NCBI RefSeq assembly: GCF_947631165.1
Contig: NZ_CANRKH010000001.1
Span: 146,395 to 210,394, forward strand
Length of the DNA: 64,000 nt
Origin: an uncultured Dysosmobacter sp.
GTDB lineage: Bacteria; Bacillota; Clostridia; Oscillospirales; Oscillospiraceae
Reading direction: 5' to 3'
This document shows, one piece after another, positions 28,708 through 38,692 of the stretch. The position numbers and the translations under genes are program-made. The notes below the pieces were generated by a model. That model had not been told where the DNA came from. It worked only from the letters and a program-made list of their open reading frames with translations, and did not search any database. Positions within the stretch are counted from its first letter, which is position 1, and each line of letters opens with the position of its first letter.

Positions 28708-29568
28708 ATGCCTTTTGGACAGCGAAATCTTCAGGAACGGATCAGCAGCGAGTATTACCAGCTCACCACCGCGGAACGGAAGGTGGCGGATTATGTGGTC
28801 GCCCACCAGCGGGATACCCAGTTCATGTCCATTTCGGACTTGGCAGAGGCCTGCGGCGTGGCGGAGGCAACGGTCTCCCGTTTCTGCCGCCGCTTGAAAT
28901 ACAAGGGCTACAACGCGTTTAAGCTGGCGGTGGCCAACGCCGCAGCCCAGCACACTGGTGAGCTGTTCCTGTCCGGCGAGATCTCGCCGGATGATCCGGT
29001 GCCGGACCTGTGCCAAAAGCTGTACGGCGCGGAGGTGGACGCCCTCGCCCAGACCCTGTCCATGGTCCGCCCGGAAAATGTGGTGGCCGCCGCCGACATC
29101 TTGTGCCGGTCCAAGCGGGTCCTGTGCATGGGCCAGGGCGGCTCCATGATCATGGCCGCCGAGGCGGCCCACCTGTTCTCCACCGCCATGCCGGGATTCA
29201 CGGCGATCATCGACTCCCATTTGCAGCTGATCGCCGCCGCCACTCTGACGGAGGAGGACTCGATCCTGTTCTTCTCCTATTCCGGCGCCACCAGGGATCT
29301 GATGGACCTGCTGGATGTGGCCCGTGACCGGCACTGCAAGGTGATCCTGGTGACCCACTACCCCCGCTCTCCCGCCGCCGCCCAGGCGGACGTCATCCTG
29401 CAGTGCGGCGCCAATGAAAATCCGCTGCAGCTTGGCTCCGTCCCCGCCCGCATAGCCCAGCTGTTCCTGGTGGACATTCTCTTCACCGAGGTCTGCCGCC
29501 GGAGCGAGGGCTCTGTCAAACAGGTCCGGGAACGGGTCGCTGACGCCCTTTCCTCCAAGCATATTTGA
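28708..29568 (+). CDS. RpiR-family transcriptional regulator (HTH plus SIS domain)
   Basis: Start at MPFGQRN follows GAGGAGG. LTTAERKVADYVV...ISDLAEACGVAEATVSRFCRRLGYKGY-type HTH_6, then a SIS domain. Confidence 0.85.
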   Translation: MPFGQRNLQERISSEYYQLTTAERKVADYVVAHQRDTQFMSISDLAEACGVAEATVSRFCRRLKYKGYNAFKLAVANAAAQHTGELFLSGEISPDDPVPDLCQKLYGAEVDALAQTLSMVRPENVVAAADILCRSKRVLCMGQGGSMIMAAEAAHLFSTAMPGFTAIIDSHLQLIAAATLTEEDSILFFSYSGATRDLMDLLDVARDRHCKVILVTHYPRSPAAAQADVILQCGANENPLQLGSVPARIAQLFLVDILFTEVCRRSEGSVKQVRERVADALSSKHI

Positions 29569-29638
29569 CAAGATCCGTCCTTTTTCTGAAAATTTTTATC
29601 TAAATCTTGTGTTCCTTGAAAATTTTTTCCAGATACTA

Positions 29639-29667
29639 TTGACAATATCTACAACATTTTATACAAT
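29639..29667 (+). promoter_or_regulatory. Sigma-A-like promoter for the nan ABC/nanA operon
   Basis: TTGACA (29639-29644), 17-nt spacer, TACAAT (29662-29667). Confidence 0.55.
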
Positions 29668-29728
29668 GCTTATGATATCGTAGTTAAAATTTACTGATAT
29701 CGGATTTTATCAAGGAGGACGTACATCT

Positions 29729-31075
29729 ATGAAGAAGTTTCTTGCACTTGTCCTGAGCCTGGCCATGGTCTTGAGCCTGGCCGCCTGCGGCGGCAACAAG
29801 GCCCCCGCAGAGGATACCAAACCCGCTGAGACCGACGAGCCCGCTCCTGCCGAAGCCACGCAGTCCATCGACCTGTGGGTCTACCCCGTGGGCGGCTGGG
29901 GCCAGGAGGATAACGTCAAAGCCCTGACCGACGCCTTCACCGCTGAGACCGGCATCGAGGTCAAGGTGGAGTACCTGGCCTATGCTGACGGTGACGACAA
30001 GGTCAACACCGCCATCACCGGCAAGAACCAGCCCGACCTGATCATGGAAGGTCCCGAGCGCCTGGTGGCCAACTGGGGTGCCAAGGGCTACATGGTGGAC
30101 CTGTCCGACATGCTGGATGACACCGACAAGAGCGAACTGATCGCGGCCGCCCTGACTCCCTGCATCAATGCCGAGGGCAAAATGTATGAGTATCCCATGT
30201 GCATGACCGCCCACTGCATGGCCGTCAACCTGGACGCCTTCAAGGCGGCCGGCGCTGACCAGTACCTGGACCTGGAGAACCGCACTTGGAGCACTGAGAA
30301 CTTCAAGAAGGCCGTGGCGGCTCTGTACGATCACTTCGGTGGCACCGTGGCCGCTGTGTACTGCAAGGGCCAGGGCGGCGACCAGGGAACCCGTGCTCTG
30401 ATCAACAACATGTACGGCGGCGCCTACACCAACGCCGACCACACCGCCTACACCTGGGACGATCCCAAGAACGTGCAGGCCATTGAGGAACTGCTGGCCA
30501 TGGACGGCATCGCCTTTGACGCCTCTCTGGAGGGCGGCGACGAGATCGCCAAGTTCTATCAGGGCGTTCTGAAGATGGCCTTCTGCTGGAACAGCGCCCA
30601 GCAGATCAATCCTAACAACGCCAACACCGGCGAGGGCAAGACCGTCACCGGTGAGGAGATCGTCTACATGAACTTCCCCACTCCCGACGGCAGCCCTGCT
30701 GAGCTATGCGGCGGCATCTGGGGCTTCGGCATCTTCGACAAGGGCGATGCCGCCCGTATCGACGCTGCCAAACAGTTTATCAAGTTCATGTGCGACTCTG
30801 CGCACACCAAGGATGCCGTGTCTACCTCCACCTTCTTCCCCGCCCGTACCGCTGCCGAGGGCACCGACCTGAGCAAGGTCTCCGATAATGTGATGCTCAA
30901 CGAGTACGCCGCCCTCATGGTCCCCAATATGGGCGACTACTACAACGTCATCAAGGGCTGGGCCGCTCAGCGCACCGAGTGGTGGAACATGCTGCAGGAG
31001 ATCGGCAACGGTGCTGATATCAACGAGACCATTGCCGCCCGCATGGCCAATGCCAACGCCGCCGCCCAAGGCTGA
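29729..31075 (+). CDS. Sugar ABC transporter substrate-binding lipoprotein (candidate sialic acid binder)
   Basis: 448 aa. Lipobox LSLAAC. Family-1 SBP pattern. Located in the nan locus. Confidence 0.8.
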   Translation: MKKFLALVLSLAMVLSLAACGGNKAPAEDTKPAETDEPAPAEATQSIDLWVYPVGGWGQEDNVKALTDAFTAETGIEVKVEYLAYADGDDKVNTAITGKNQPDLIMEGPERLVANWGAKGYMVDLSDMLDDTDKSELIAAALTPCINAEGKMYEYPMCMTAHCMAVNLDAFKAAGADQYLDLENRTWSTENFKKAVAALYDHFGGTVAAVYCKGQGGDQGTRALINNMYGGAYTNADHTAYTWDDPKNVQAIEELLAMDGIAFDASLEGGDEIAKFYQGVLKMAFCWNSAQQINPNNANTGEGKTVTGEEIVYMNFPTPDGSPAELCGGIWGFGIFDKGDAARIDAAKQFIKFMCDSAHTKDAVSTSTFFPARTAAEGTDLSKVSDNVMLNEYAALMVPNMGDYYNVIKGWAAQRTEWWNMLQEIGNGADINETIAARMANANAAAQG

Positions 31076-31167
31076 TAGATCCATCCAAAACCACTTCCCG
31101 CATTAAGAAGGGCTGCGCGCCCCTTCCCCGCGCGTAACGGGGGAGGGGCGTTCCTTTTCTTCCGGAT

Positions 31168-31214
31168 GGAGATGCGCATGACCGGCCGATGGCCGGCCTG
31201 TGATGCGCATCTCC
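31168..31214 (+). promoter_or_regulatory. Intercistronic stem-loop after the SBP gene
   Basis: GGAGATGCGCAT...ATGCGCATCTCC, a 12-bp stem enclosing a CCGGCC/GGCCGG inner hairpin. Confidence 0.6.
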
Positions 31215-31250
31215 ACCCGCATACAGCTTTTGAGAGAGGAGAGATTCGTT

Positions 31251-32159
31251 TTGGCAAAACAGCCTAGATCCACCATGAGCCGGGCGCTGGTGCGGCGCGA
31301 GACCATCTCCGGCTATATGTTCCTGCTGCCCAGTCTGATCTTCTTCCTTGGCTTCGTCATCATCCCCATGTTCATCTGCATCTACACCAGCCTGACCAGC
31401 GCCAATATGAATGATCCTGGCAGCTTCGTGGGCTTCCAGAACTTTATGGACCTGTTCCACGACAAGACGTTTATGATGTCGCTGAAGAATACCTTCCTCA
31501 TCGTGATCGTCAGTGTGCCCACCGTATGCGCATTTTCCCTCTGGGTGTCCTCCGCGATTTATAAGATGAAGGGCCCCGCCCTGTCCGCCTTCCGCTGCAT
31601 CTTCTACCTGCCCGTGGTCACTGGCTCCGTGGCTGTCACCGTGGTGTGGAAGTGGATGTTCGACAATTACACCGGCCTGTTCAATGCCGTGCTGAAAGGC
31701 TCCGGCGTGATCAAGGATAACATCAACTTCCTGGGTACGCCAGGGATCGCTATCTGGTGCATCATTCTGATCCTGTTCACCACCTCTGTGGGCCAGCCTA
31801 TCGTGCTGTACGTCTCCGCGCTGGGCAACGTGGACCAGTCCTTGGTGGAGGCTGCCGAGGTGGACGGCGCCACCAACATGCAGGTGTTCTGGAAGATCAA
31901 GTGGCCCCAGATCATGCCCACGACCCTGTATATCCTGGTCATCACCACCATCAACTCCTTCCAGTGCTTCGCCCTGATCCAGCTGCTGACCCAGGGCGGC
32001 TCGGACACCAACACGGTGATGTACTACATTTACTACACCGCCTTCAAGCTCACGGAGCAGGCCGGCCACTTCGGCTATGCCAACGCCATGGGCGTCATCC
32101 TGGCCATCTTCATCGGACTGCTCTCTGCGCTGCAGTTCCGGCTGGCGAAAGAAAAGTAA
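31251..32159 (+). CDS. Sugar ABC transporter permease (MalF/UgpA-like)
   Basis: A TTG at 31251 lies 7 nt after GGAGAG; an alternative ATG is at 31275. Polytopic protein with an EAA-like loop (EAAEVDGA). Confidence 0.8.
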   Translation: MAKQPRSTMSRALVRRETISGYMFLLPSLIFFLGFVIIPMFICIYTSLTSANMNDPGSFVGFQNFMDLFHDKTFMMSLKNTFLIVIVSVPTVCAFSLWVSSAIYKMKGPALSAFRCIFYLPVVTGSVAVTVVWKWMFDNYTGLFNAVLKGSGVIKDNINFLGTPGIAIWCIILILFTTSVGQPIVLYVSALGNVDQSLVEAAEVDGATNMQVFWKIKWPQIMPTTLYILVITTINSFQCFALIQLLTQGGSDTNTVMYYIYYTAFKLTEQAGHFGYANAMGVILAIFIGLLSALQFRLAKEK

Positions 32160-32174
32160 GGGGGGGACAGAGAT

Positions 32175-33098
32175 ATGAAGATCACATCCGGCCGCACCAA
32201 GGCTTACCGTATCCTCAGCGTCGTCGTTCTGATCGTGCTGGCAATCCTGTTCCTGTTCCCGCTGTACTGGATCATTACTGGCGCTTTCAAACCCGCCGTG
32301 GACATCTACGCCACAGAACCCGTTTGGTTTCCCTCCGAGTGGACCAAAGCCAATTTCGATAAACTGTTCGGCATGCGCTCTGCGCCTCTGTGGGAGCTGG
32401 CGGTGCCCTTCTCCAGGGCCATCACCGGCGAAACTGTATACTTTTCCGTGGGGCCCACTGTCCCCGGCGCTATCCGCTGGCTGGTAAACACCGTGTTCAT
32501 GTCCGTCATGGCCATGATCCTCACCTGCCTTACCGCCGCCATGGCCGGCTATGCCCTGGCCAAGAAGCGGTTCGTGGGCCGTACATTGCTGTTTTCTCTG
32601 ATCGTGTGCGCCATGGCCCTGCCTAAGCAGGTCATCCTGATCCCGCTGATCCGCGAGATGTCCGCTCTGCATCTGGTGAACACCCTGTGGGCCGTCATCT
32701 TCCCCACAGTGGGCTGGCCCTTCGGCGTATTTTTGATGAAACAGTTTGCAGAAGGCATTCCCGGCGAGATCCTGGAGGCCGCCCGGGTTGACGGCGCGGG
32801 CGAGATCCGCACCTTCACCACCATCGTCCTGCCCATGGTCAAACCCGGCGTAGGCGCGCTGGCCATCTTCACCTTCATCAACAGCTGGAACGACTACTTC
32901 ATGCAGTTGGTCATGCTGAGCAGCAACGCCAACTACACCATTTCCCTGGGCATCGCCACCATGCAGGCAGAGACCTCTGTGGATATGGGCTTGCTGATGG
33001 CCGGTGCCGCCCTGGCTGCCGCCCCCATCATCATCGTGTTCCTGATCTTCCAGAAGTACTTCACGCAGGGCATCACCATGGGCGCTGTGAAGGGATGA
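32175..33098 (+). CDS. Sugar ABC transporter permease (MalG/UgpE-like)
   Basis: 307 aa with EAARVDGAGEIRTF, an EAA motif. Confidence 0.85.
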   Translation: MKITSGRTKAYRILSVVVLIVLAILFLFPLYWIITGAFKPAVDIYATEPVWFPSEWTKANFDKLFGMRSAPLWELAVPFSRAITGETVYFSVGPTVPGAIRWLVNTVFMSVMAMILTCLTAAMAGYALAKKRFVGRTLLFSLIVCAMALPKQVILIPLIREMSALHLVNTLWAVIFPTVGWPFGVFLMKQFAEGIPGEILEAARVDGAGEIRTFTTIVLPMVKPGVGALAIFTFINSWNDYFMQLVMLSSNANYTISLGIATMQAETSVDMGLLMAGAALAAAPIIIVFLIFQKYFTQGITMGAVKG

Positions 33099-33144
33099 TC
33101 GGAAAAACGTATCAAACAGCGATTTCCCGGTATACTGAAAAAGA

Positions 33145-34071
33145 ATGGAGCGTTTGATCGCTATGAAAGACATTGCCAAGTATCAGGGCATTTTCCCCGC
33201 GTTTTATGCCTGCTATGACGCCGAGGGAGCCATCGATCCCCAGGCGGTCCGCGAGCTGACCCAGTATTTCGTGGACAAATGCGTCAAGGGATTGTATGTG
33301 GGCGGTTCCTCCGGCGAGTGCATCTATCAGTCCGTGGCGGAGCGCAAGCTGGTGCTGGAGAACGTGATGGCCGTCGCCAAGGGCAAGCTGACCATCATTG
33401 CCCATGTGGCCTGCAACAACACCGCTGACTCCCGGGAGCTGGCCGCTCACGCCGAATCCCTGGGCGTGGACGCCATTGCCTCCATCCCCCCCATTTACTT
33501 CCACCTGCCTGACCACGCCATCGCCAAGTACTGGAACGACATCTCCGACGCCGCTCCCAACACCGATTTCGTCATCTACAACATCCCCCAGCTGGCCGGC
33601 GTGGCTCTGAACACCGGACTGTTGAAGGAGATGCTGAAGAATCCCCGGGTCATCGGCGTGAAGAACTCCTCCATGCCTGTGCAGGATATCCAAATGTGGA
33701 AGGACGAAGGCGCCGTCGTGTTCAACGGCCCCGACGAGCAGCTGCTGGGCGGCCTGTCCATGGGCGCTGACGGCGGCATCGGCGGCACCTACGGCGCCAT
33801 GCCGGAGCTGTTCCTGAAGATCCGGGAGCTGTTCCTGGCTGGAAAAATGGAAGAAGCCCGGGAGGTCCAGAATGAGGCCTGCCGCATCATCTACAAGATG
33901 TGCTCCGCCCATGGCAACATGTACGCCGTCATCAAGGCCGTCCTCCGCAAGCAGGGCGGGCCCGACTGCGGCTCTGTCCGTCTGCCGCTGGCGCCCCTGG
34001 TCCCCGGCGATGAGGCCGTGGTGGACGAGGTGGCCGCCATGATCGCCGCCGCCATCGCCAAGTACTGCTGA
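33145..34071 (+). CDS. nanA: N-acetylneuraminate lyase (DapA/NAL family)
   Basis: DapA-family pattern (GLYVGGSSGE...). Located in the nan locus. An alternative ATG is at 33163. Confidence 0.8.
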   Translation: MERLIAMKDIAKYQGIFPAFYACYDAEGAIDPQAVRELTQYFVDKCVKGLYVGGSSGECIYQSVAERKLVLENVMAVAKGKLTIIAHVACNNTADSRELAAHAESLGVDAIASIPPIYFHLPDHAIAKYWNDISDAAPNTDFVIYNIPQLAGVALNTGLLKEMLKNPRVIGVKNSSMPVQDIQMWKDEGAVVFNGPDEQLLGGLSMGADGGIGGTYGAMPELFLKIRELFLAGKMEEAREVQNEACRIIYKMCSAHGNMYAVIKAVLRKQGGPDCGSVRLPLAPLVPGDEAVVDEVAAMIAAAIAKYC

Positions 34072-34102
34072 AATCCATCGCGAAACAGAAGGAGAAACCA
34101 CT

Positions 34103-34855
34103 ATGAGGATCTATCAGGAGGCGGATTACGAAGCTATGAGCCGCCGTGCCGCCAACCTCATTTCCGCCGAGGTCATCCGCCGTCCGGACTGCGTGCTGGG
34201 CCTGGCCACCGGCTCGACCCCTATCGGCACCTACAAGCAGCTGACCGTCTGGAACCAGCGGGGCGACTTTAGCTTCAAGGAGGTCCGCACCGTCAATCTG
34301 GACGAGTACAAGGGCCTGCCCCCGACCCATGACCAGAGCTACCGCTATTTTATGCAGACCAACTTCTTTGACCACATCGACATCGACGTGGCCAACACCT
34401 ATGTGCCCGACGGTCTGGCCGCCGATCCTGACGCTGAGTGCGCCCGGTACGACGAGCTGGTCCGCTCCCTGGGCTATGCCGACCTGCAGCTGCTGGGCCT
34501 GGGCCGCAACGGCCACATCGGCTTCAACGAGCCCTGCGGCAGCTATGTGAAGGAGACCCATGTGGTGGATCTGACCCAGAGCACCATCGACGCCAACGCC
34601 CGGTTCTTCGCCAGCGCCGACGATGTGCCCCGCCAGGCACTGACCATGGGCATCGGCTGCATCATGGCCGCCCGCCGGGTCCTGCTAATCGCCAGCGGCG
34701 CCGACAAGGCCGACGCCGTGTACAACGCGTTTTGCGGTCCCATCACGCCGGCGTGTCCTGCCTCCATCCTCCAGCTCCACAACGACATGGTCCTGGTGGG
34801 CGACAAGGCCGCGCTGAGCAAGCTGGTGGCTGCGGGGGTGGCTGTATGCGGATAA
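34103..34855 (+). CDS. nagB: Glucosamine-6-phosphate deaminase
   Basis: 250 aa with LGLATGSTP and LGLGRNGHIGFNEP. Confidence 0.9.
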   Translation: MRIYQEADYEAMSRRAANLISAEVIRRPDCVLGLATGSTPIGTYKQLTVWNQRGDFSFKEVRTVNLDEYKGLPPTHDQSYRYFMQTNFFDHIDIDVANTYVPDGLAADPDAECARYDELVRSLGYADLQLLGLGRNGHIGFNEPCGSYVKETHVVDLTQSTIDANARFFASADDVPRQALTMGIGCIMAARRVLLIASGADKADAVYNAFCGPITPACPASILQLHNDMVLVGDKAALSKLVAAGVAVCG

Positions 34856-35976
34856 CTGGCGCACGGGTATTTGATGCCCAGCAGGGCTTTGTATCCAAAG
34901 ACCTATGCATCGAGGGGGAGACGATCGCCCGGGAGGCGGCCGGCGCTGTCAGCGCTGGGGGCTGTTATTTGATTCCCGGCCTCACAGACCTTCACTTCCA
35001 CGGCTGCGTAGGCGAGGACTTCTCTGACGGCAGCGCCGAGGGCCTGGCACGGATCGCCCAGTATGAGCTGTCCCGGGGCGTAACGCAGATCTGCCCCGCC
35101 GGCATGACCCTGCTGGAGGAGCAGCTGACCAAGATCTGCCAAACTGCCGCCGCCCATAAGGCGGCGGGCGTTCCCGGCGCGGACTTGGAGGGCATCCACC
35201 TGGAGGGTCCCTTCCTCTGCGAAGCCAAAAAGGGCGCCCAGAACGGCGCCTGGCTCCACGATCCCGACCTCCCCATGCTCCGGCGGCTCCAGACAGCCGC
35301 TCAGGGGCTGGTGAAGCTGGTCACCGTGGCGCCTGAGCGGCCCGGCGCCATGGAGTTTATCCAGGGTGCCGCAGCGGACGGTATCACGGTCTCCGTGGGA
35401 CACACCACGGCAAACTATGACACCGCCAGCGCCGCCATGGACGCCGGCGCCACCCACTGCACCCACCTGTTCAACGCCATGCCACCCTTCACACATCGGG
35501 TGCCCGGCGTAGTGGGCGCAGCCTTTGACCATCCCGCCGTTCGGACAGAGCTGATCTGCGACGGCATCCACATCCACCCCAGCGTGGTGCGGGCCGCTTT
35601 CCGGCTCTTCGGCGCGGAGCGGATGGTGCTGATTTCCGACTCTCTCCGGGCCACCGGCATGCCCGACGGCCAGTATCCCTTCGGCGGCCAGGAGATCATC
35701 GTCAAGGGGCCCCGGGCCACGCTGGCCCACGACCCCAGCACTCTGGCGGGCTCCGTCACAGACTTGATGGGCTGCCTCAAAACGGCAGTTTCCTTCGGCA
35801 TCCCCCTGGCCGACGCGGTAACCGCTGCAGCAGTGAATCCCGCCAAGGTCCTAAGAATCTATGACCGGGTCGGCAGCCTGGATGTGGGCAAAACGGCCAA
35901 CATCGCCGTTTTGGACAAACATCTGGAGCTGAAGGCAGTTATTTTCCACGGCAAGGTGGTCTCCGGCGCTCTTTGA
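34846..35976 (+). CDS. nagA: N-acetylglucosamine-6-phosphate deacetylase
   Basis: Start MRITGARVF overlaps the nagB end by 10 nt. Motifs PGLTDLHFHG, HLEGPF and HLFNAM. Confidence 0.88.
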   Translation: MRITGARVFDAQQGFVSKDLCIEGETIAREAAGAVSAGGCYLIPGLTDLHFHGCVGEDFSDGSAEGLARIAQYELSRGVTQICPAGMTLLEEQLTKICQTAAAHKAAGVPGADLEGIHLEGPFLCEAKKGAQNGAWLHDPDLPMLRRLQTAAQGLVKLVTVAPERPGAMEFIQGAAADGITVSVGHTTANYDTASAAMDAGATHCTHLFNAMPPFTHRVPGVVGAAFDHPAVRTELICDGIHIHPSVVRAAFRLFGAERMVLISDSLRATGMPDGQYPFGGQEIIVKGPRATLAHDPSTLAGSVTDLMGCLKTAVSFGIPLADAVTAAAVNPAKVLRIYDRVGSLDVGKTANIAVLDKHLELKAVIFHGKVVSGAL

Positions 35977-36242
35977 GCCAATGAGGGCTGGCTGGTGAAA
36001 AAATCGTTGGCCGTAGGTCAAGGGTGTCTCTCTCAGCCTTTCCGCCGGGACCTTGCAAATACGCGTCCCCCCAAAAACCAGGGTCCGTCCTCTACTCCAT
36101 TTTTATAGGGGCGGACACCAACAAAAAGGAGGAAAAAACCGCCGGCCGGCGGTGCGGCAGTGTGGAGACCTGCCGTAAGCCCGTTCGCTCACGCGGCGGG
36201 GAGGCTTCAGCGCGGAGGCGCGGGAGTCACGGCCAATGTACC

Positions 36243-37358
36243 ATGTCAACTGTGAATCTGAAGGGCATCAAAAAGATCTACGACAACGCCGTCACCGCTG
36301 TCCATGATTTCGATCTGGACATCGCCGACAAGGAATTTATCGTGCTGGTGGGTCCTTCCGGCTGCGGCAAGTCCACCACGTTGCGGATGGTGGCCGGTCT
36401 GGAGGAGATCAGCGAAGGCGAGCTGTATATCGACGGCCGCCTGGTCAACGATGTGGAGCCAAAGGACCGGGACATCGCCATGGTGTTCCAGAGCTACGCC
36501 CTGTACCCCCACATGACCGTCAAGGAGAATATGGAGTTCCCCTTGAAGCTGAAAAAGGTACCCAAGGACGAGATCGACAAGCGGGTCAAAGACGCCGCCG
36601 AGATCCTGGGCATCACCCAGTACTTAGACCGCAAGCCCAAGGCTCTATCCGGCGGCCAGCGTCAGCGCGTGGCCATTGGCCGCGCCATCGTGCGGGAACC
36701 CAAGGTGCTGCTGATGGACGAACCCCTGTCCAACCTGGATGCCAAGCTCCGCAATGAGATGCGGGCCGAGATCATCAAGCTGCGCCAGCGGATCAACACC
36801 ACCTTCGTCTACGTCACCCATGACCAGACCGAGGCCATGACCCTGGCGGACCGCATCGTCATCATGAAGGATGGCTACATCCAGCAGATCGGCACGCCCC
36901 AGGAGGTTTTCGACCATCCCGCTAACATCTTCGTGGCCGGCTTCATCGGCACGCCGCAGATGAACTTCTTCGACGCCAAGCTGGTGAAGGACGGCGAGGG
37001 TTCCTACCACGCCGATGTATTTGGCACCAAGATCCTTTTGACCGATGAGACTCAGAAGGCTTTGGCCGGCATCGAGGCCAAGGACGTGGTCCTGGGCATT
37101 CGCCCGGAGCACATCCGTTTCACCGCCGATTCCGGCGACGGCATCCTGTCCGGTACCGTGGAGGTCTCTGAGATGATGGGCAGCGAGTACTATCTGCATG
37201 TCACCAGCAACGGCAAGGACGTGGTCCTGCGGGTCCCCACCGGCGACCTTCCCCAGGAGCTGCGGAGCGGCATCACCTATGGCACGCAGATGAACTTCAC
37301 CTTCCGTCCTGAATCCATCCACCTGTTTGACAAGGAAACTGAGAAAAACCTGGCCTGA
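36243..37358 (+). CDS. Sugar ABC transporter ATP-binding protein (MsiK/UgpC/MalK-like)
   Basis: GPSGCGKST, LSGGQRQRVAIGRA and LLMDEPLSNLD motifs, plus a C-terminal TOBE-like domain. I take the start at MSTVNLKG. Confidence 0.88.
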   Translation: MSTVNLKGIKKIYDNAVTAVHDFDLDIADKEFIVLVGPSGCGKSTTLRMVAGLEEISEGELYIDGRLVNDVEPKDRDIAMVFQSYALYPHMTVKENMEFPLKLKKVPKDEIDKRVKDAAEILGITQYLDRKPKALSGGQRQRVAIGRAIVREPKVLLMDEPLSNLDAKLRNEMRAEIIKLRQRINTTFVYVTHDQTEAMTLADRIVIMKDGYIQQIGTPQEVFDHPANIFVAGFIGTPQMNFFDAKLVKDGEGSYHADVFGTKILLTDETQKALAGIEAKDVVLGIRPEHIRFTADSGDGILSGTVEVSEMMGSEYYLHVTSNGKDVVLRVPTGDLPQELRSGITYGTQMNFTFRPESIHLFDKETEKNLA

Positions 37359-37377
37359 CAGTCAGGCATCCTCCAAC

Positions 37378-37414
37378 AAAAAAGGACCGTGGGATCTTCC
37401 ACGGTCCTTTTTTT
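37378..37414. terminator. Bidirectional terminator
   Basis: AAAAAAGGACCGTGG-gatctt-CCACGGTCCTTTTTTT. Confidence 0.8.
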
Positions 37415-37417
37415 ATT

Positions 37418-37867
37418 TCAGCCGACCCGCACCTTCACCACGCACTTGCGGCAAGGCTCCGGCTCGTCCACGGCGATGCCCGGCGCATGGGCATCCTCCG
37501 GCCAGAAGGCCACAAAGCGATCCCCTGTTACCAGAATCTTGTCCGTAGGGCCGTGGTGCAGCCAGATGTCCCCCTCAGGGCGGGCCTCCACCACCTCCGT
37601 CATGTCCTCCAGGGGAGCGATCCCCATCAGTTCCTGTCCGGAGATCAGGTACTGGATGTCCACGTACTTTCTGTGGGATTCCGGGGTCTCATTCACTGGC
37701 TTGTTCTCATAGCTCTGGATGAAGAAAAACAAGTTTTCTCCGTCCACCTCATACCGGCCATCCTCCAGCCTGGAAAAATCCGTGTCCCGCAGAAGCTCCA
37801 ATCCCCGCATAACGCCAGGATGTATCCCCCGATAGGTCTCCAGGTGCCTTGTCGTTCCATACAGCAT
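37418..37867 (-). CDS. YhcH/YjgK/YiaL-family protein (NanQ-like sialate anomerase/epimerase family)
   Basis: 149 aa from MLYGTTRHL. Contains DG.YE.DGEN.F...Q.Y......E.HRKY.D.Q and a cupin-like C-terminus. Confidence 0.75.
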   Translation of the reverse strand: MLYGTTRHLETYRGIHPGVMRGLELLRDTDFSRLEDGRYEVDGENLFFFIQSYENKPVNETPESHRKYVDIQYLISGQELMGIAPLEDMTEVVEARPEGDIWLHHGPTDKILVTGDRFVAFWPEDAHAPGIAVDEPEPCRKCVVKVRVG

Positions 37868-38087
37868 AGACTTTTTCCTTCCTTTCCACCTCGTTCCGCC
37901 TCCCTGGACAGTACGCCCGCCGGCGGTCAAAATCGCCCCAGAAAGCCGTGTCATTCTTTGCCCACTGAGGGTATCATAGCGCAATATTTCAGCCAAAGCA
38001 AGCAGTATCCGCCAAAAACGCCGCTCCCTTGCACAGCTCCATGCAAAAGGCCCCCCTTGCGCCCCAAATCATGAAAGGAGGGAGCCT

Positions 38088-38393
38088 ATGACGAACGAGG
38101 AAGTGGCCGTTGCTCTGGACGGACACCTGCATGAGATCCGTTCCCTAAAACACCGTATGGACGCCGTAGAGCAAAATCAAAAGACCCTGCACAGCATTGC
38201 CGCTTCAGTAGCGGTGATGGCGGAACAGCAGAAGGGCATTTCAGAAAAAGTGGATGTTATCGACAGCAAGGTGGACGCGCTGGAGCAGCAGCCTGGCAAG
38301 CGCTGGGAAAGCCTGGTGGATAAGCTGCTTTGGAGCGCAGCCGGGGCGGCGGCGCTGTGGCTGCTGTCCGGCGCTCCGGGTGCGGGACTGTAA
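38088..38393 (+). CDS. XhlA-like small membrane protein (prophage lysis-module type)
   Basis: 101 aa. N-terminal coiled-coil (HEIRSLKHRMDAVEQNQKTL...) and a C-terminal TM helix (LLWSAAGAAALWLL). This is the architecture of the haemolysin XhlA family. Confidence 0.55.
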   Translation: MTNEEVAVALDGHLHEIRSLKHRMDAVEQNQKTLHSIAASVAVMAEQQKGISEKVDVIDSKVDALEQQPGKRWESLVDKLLWSAAGAAALWLLSGAPGAGL

Positions 38394-38692
38394 ATGGCGC
38401 AGCCTGGGTCCTGGCTGCAGCCGCCCTGCTGGACTACGCCAGCGCCCACAGCCTCCTGACCGCCGGCGGATATCTTCCTGGCGACCTGGTCTTTCTGCGG
38501 TTCGATAAGAAACGGACCTCTTCCCAGCATATCGGTCTGGTGGAAGGGGTCCTGGCGAACGGCCGCCTGCGGACCATCGAGGGAAACACAGGCCTGGAAA
38601 ATGACGCCAACGGCGATCAGGTCCAGCGACGGGTCAGGGAACCCTGGCAGACGCTGGGAGCCTACCGCCCAGAGTACGAGGAGGAGAACGAC
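38393..38692 (+). pseudogene. 5'-truncated CHAP-type peptidoglycan hydrolase remnant
   Basis: The frame reads ...PGDLVFLRFDKKRTSSQHIGLVEGV..GRLRTIEGNTG..., the His and EGN half of a CHAP domain. No start codon is present, and the Cys-bearing N-terminal half is missing. Confidence 0.6.
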
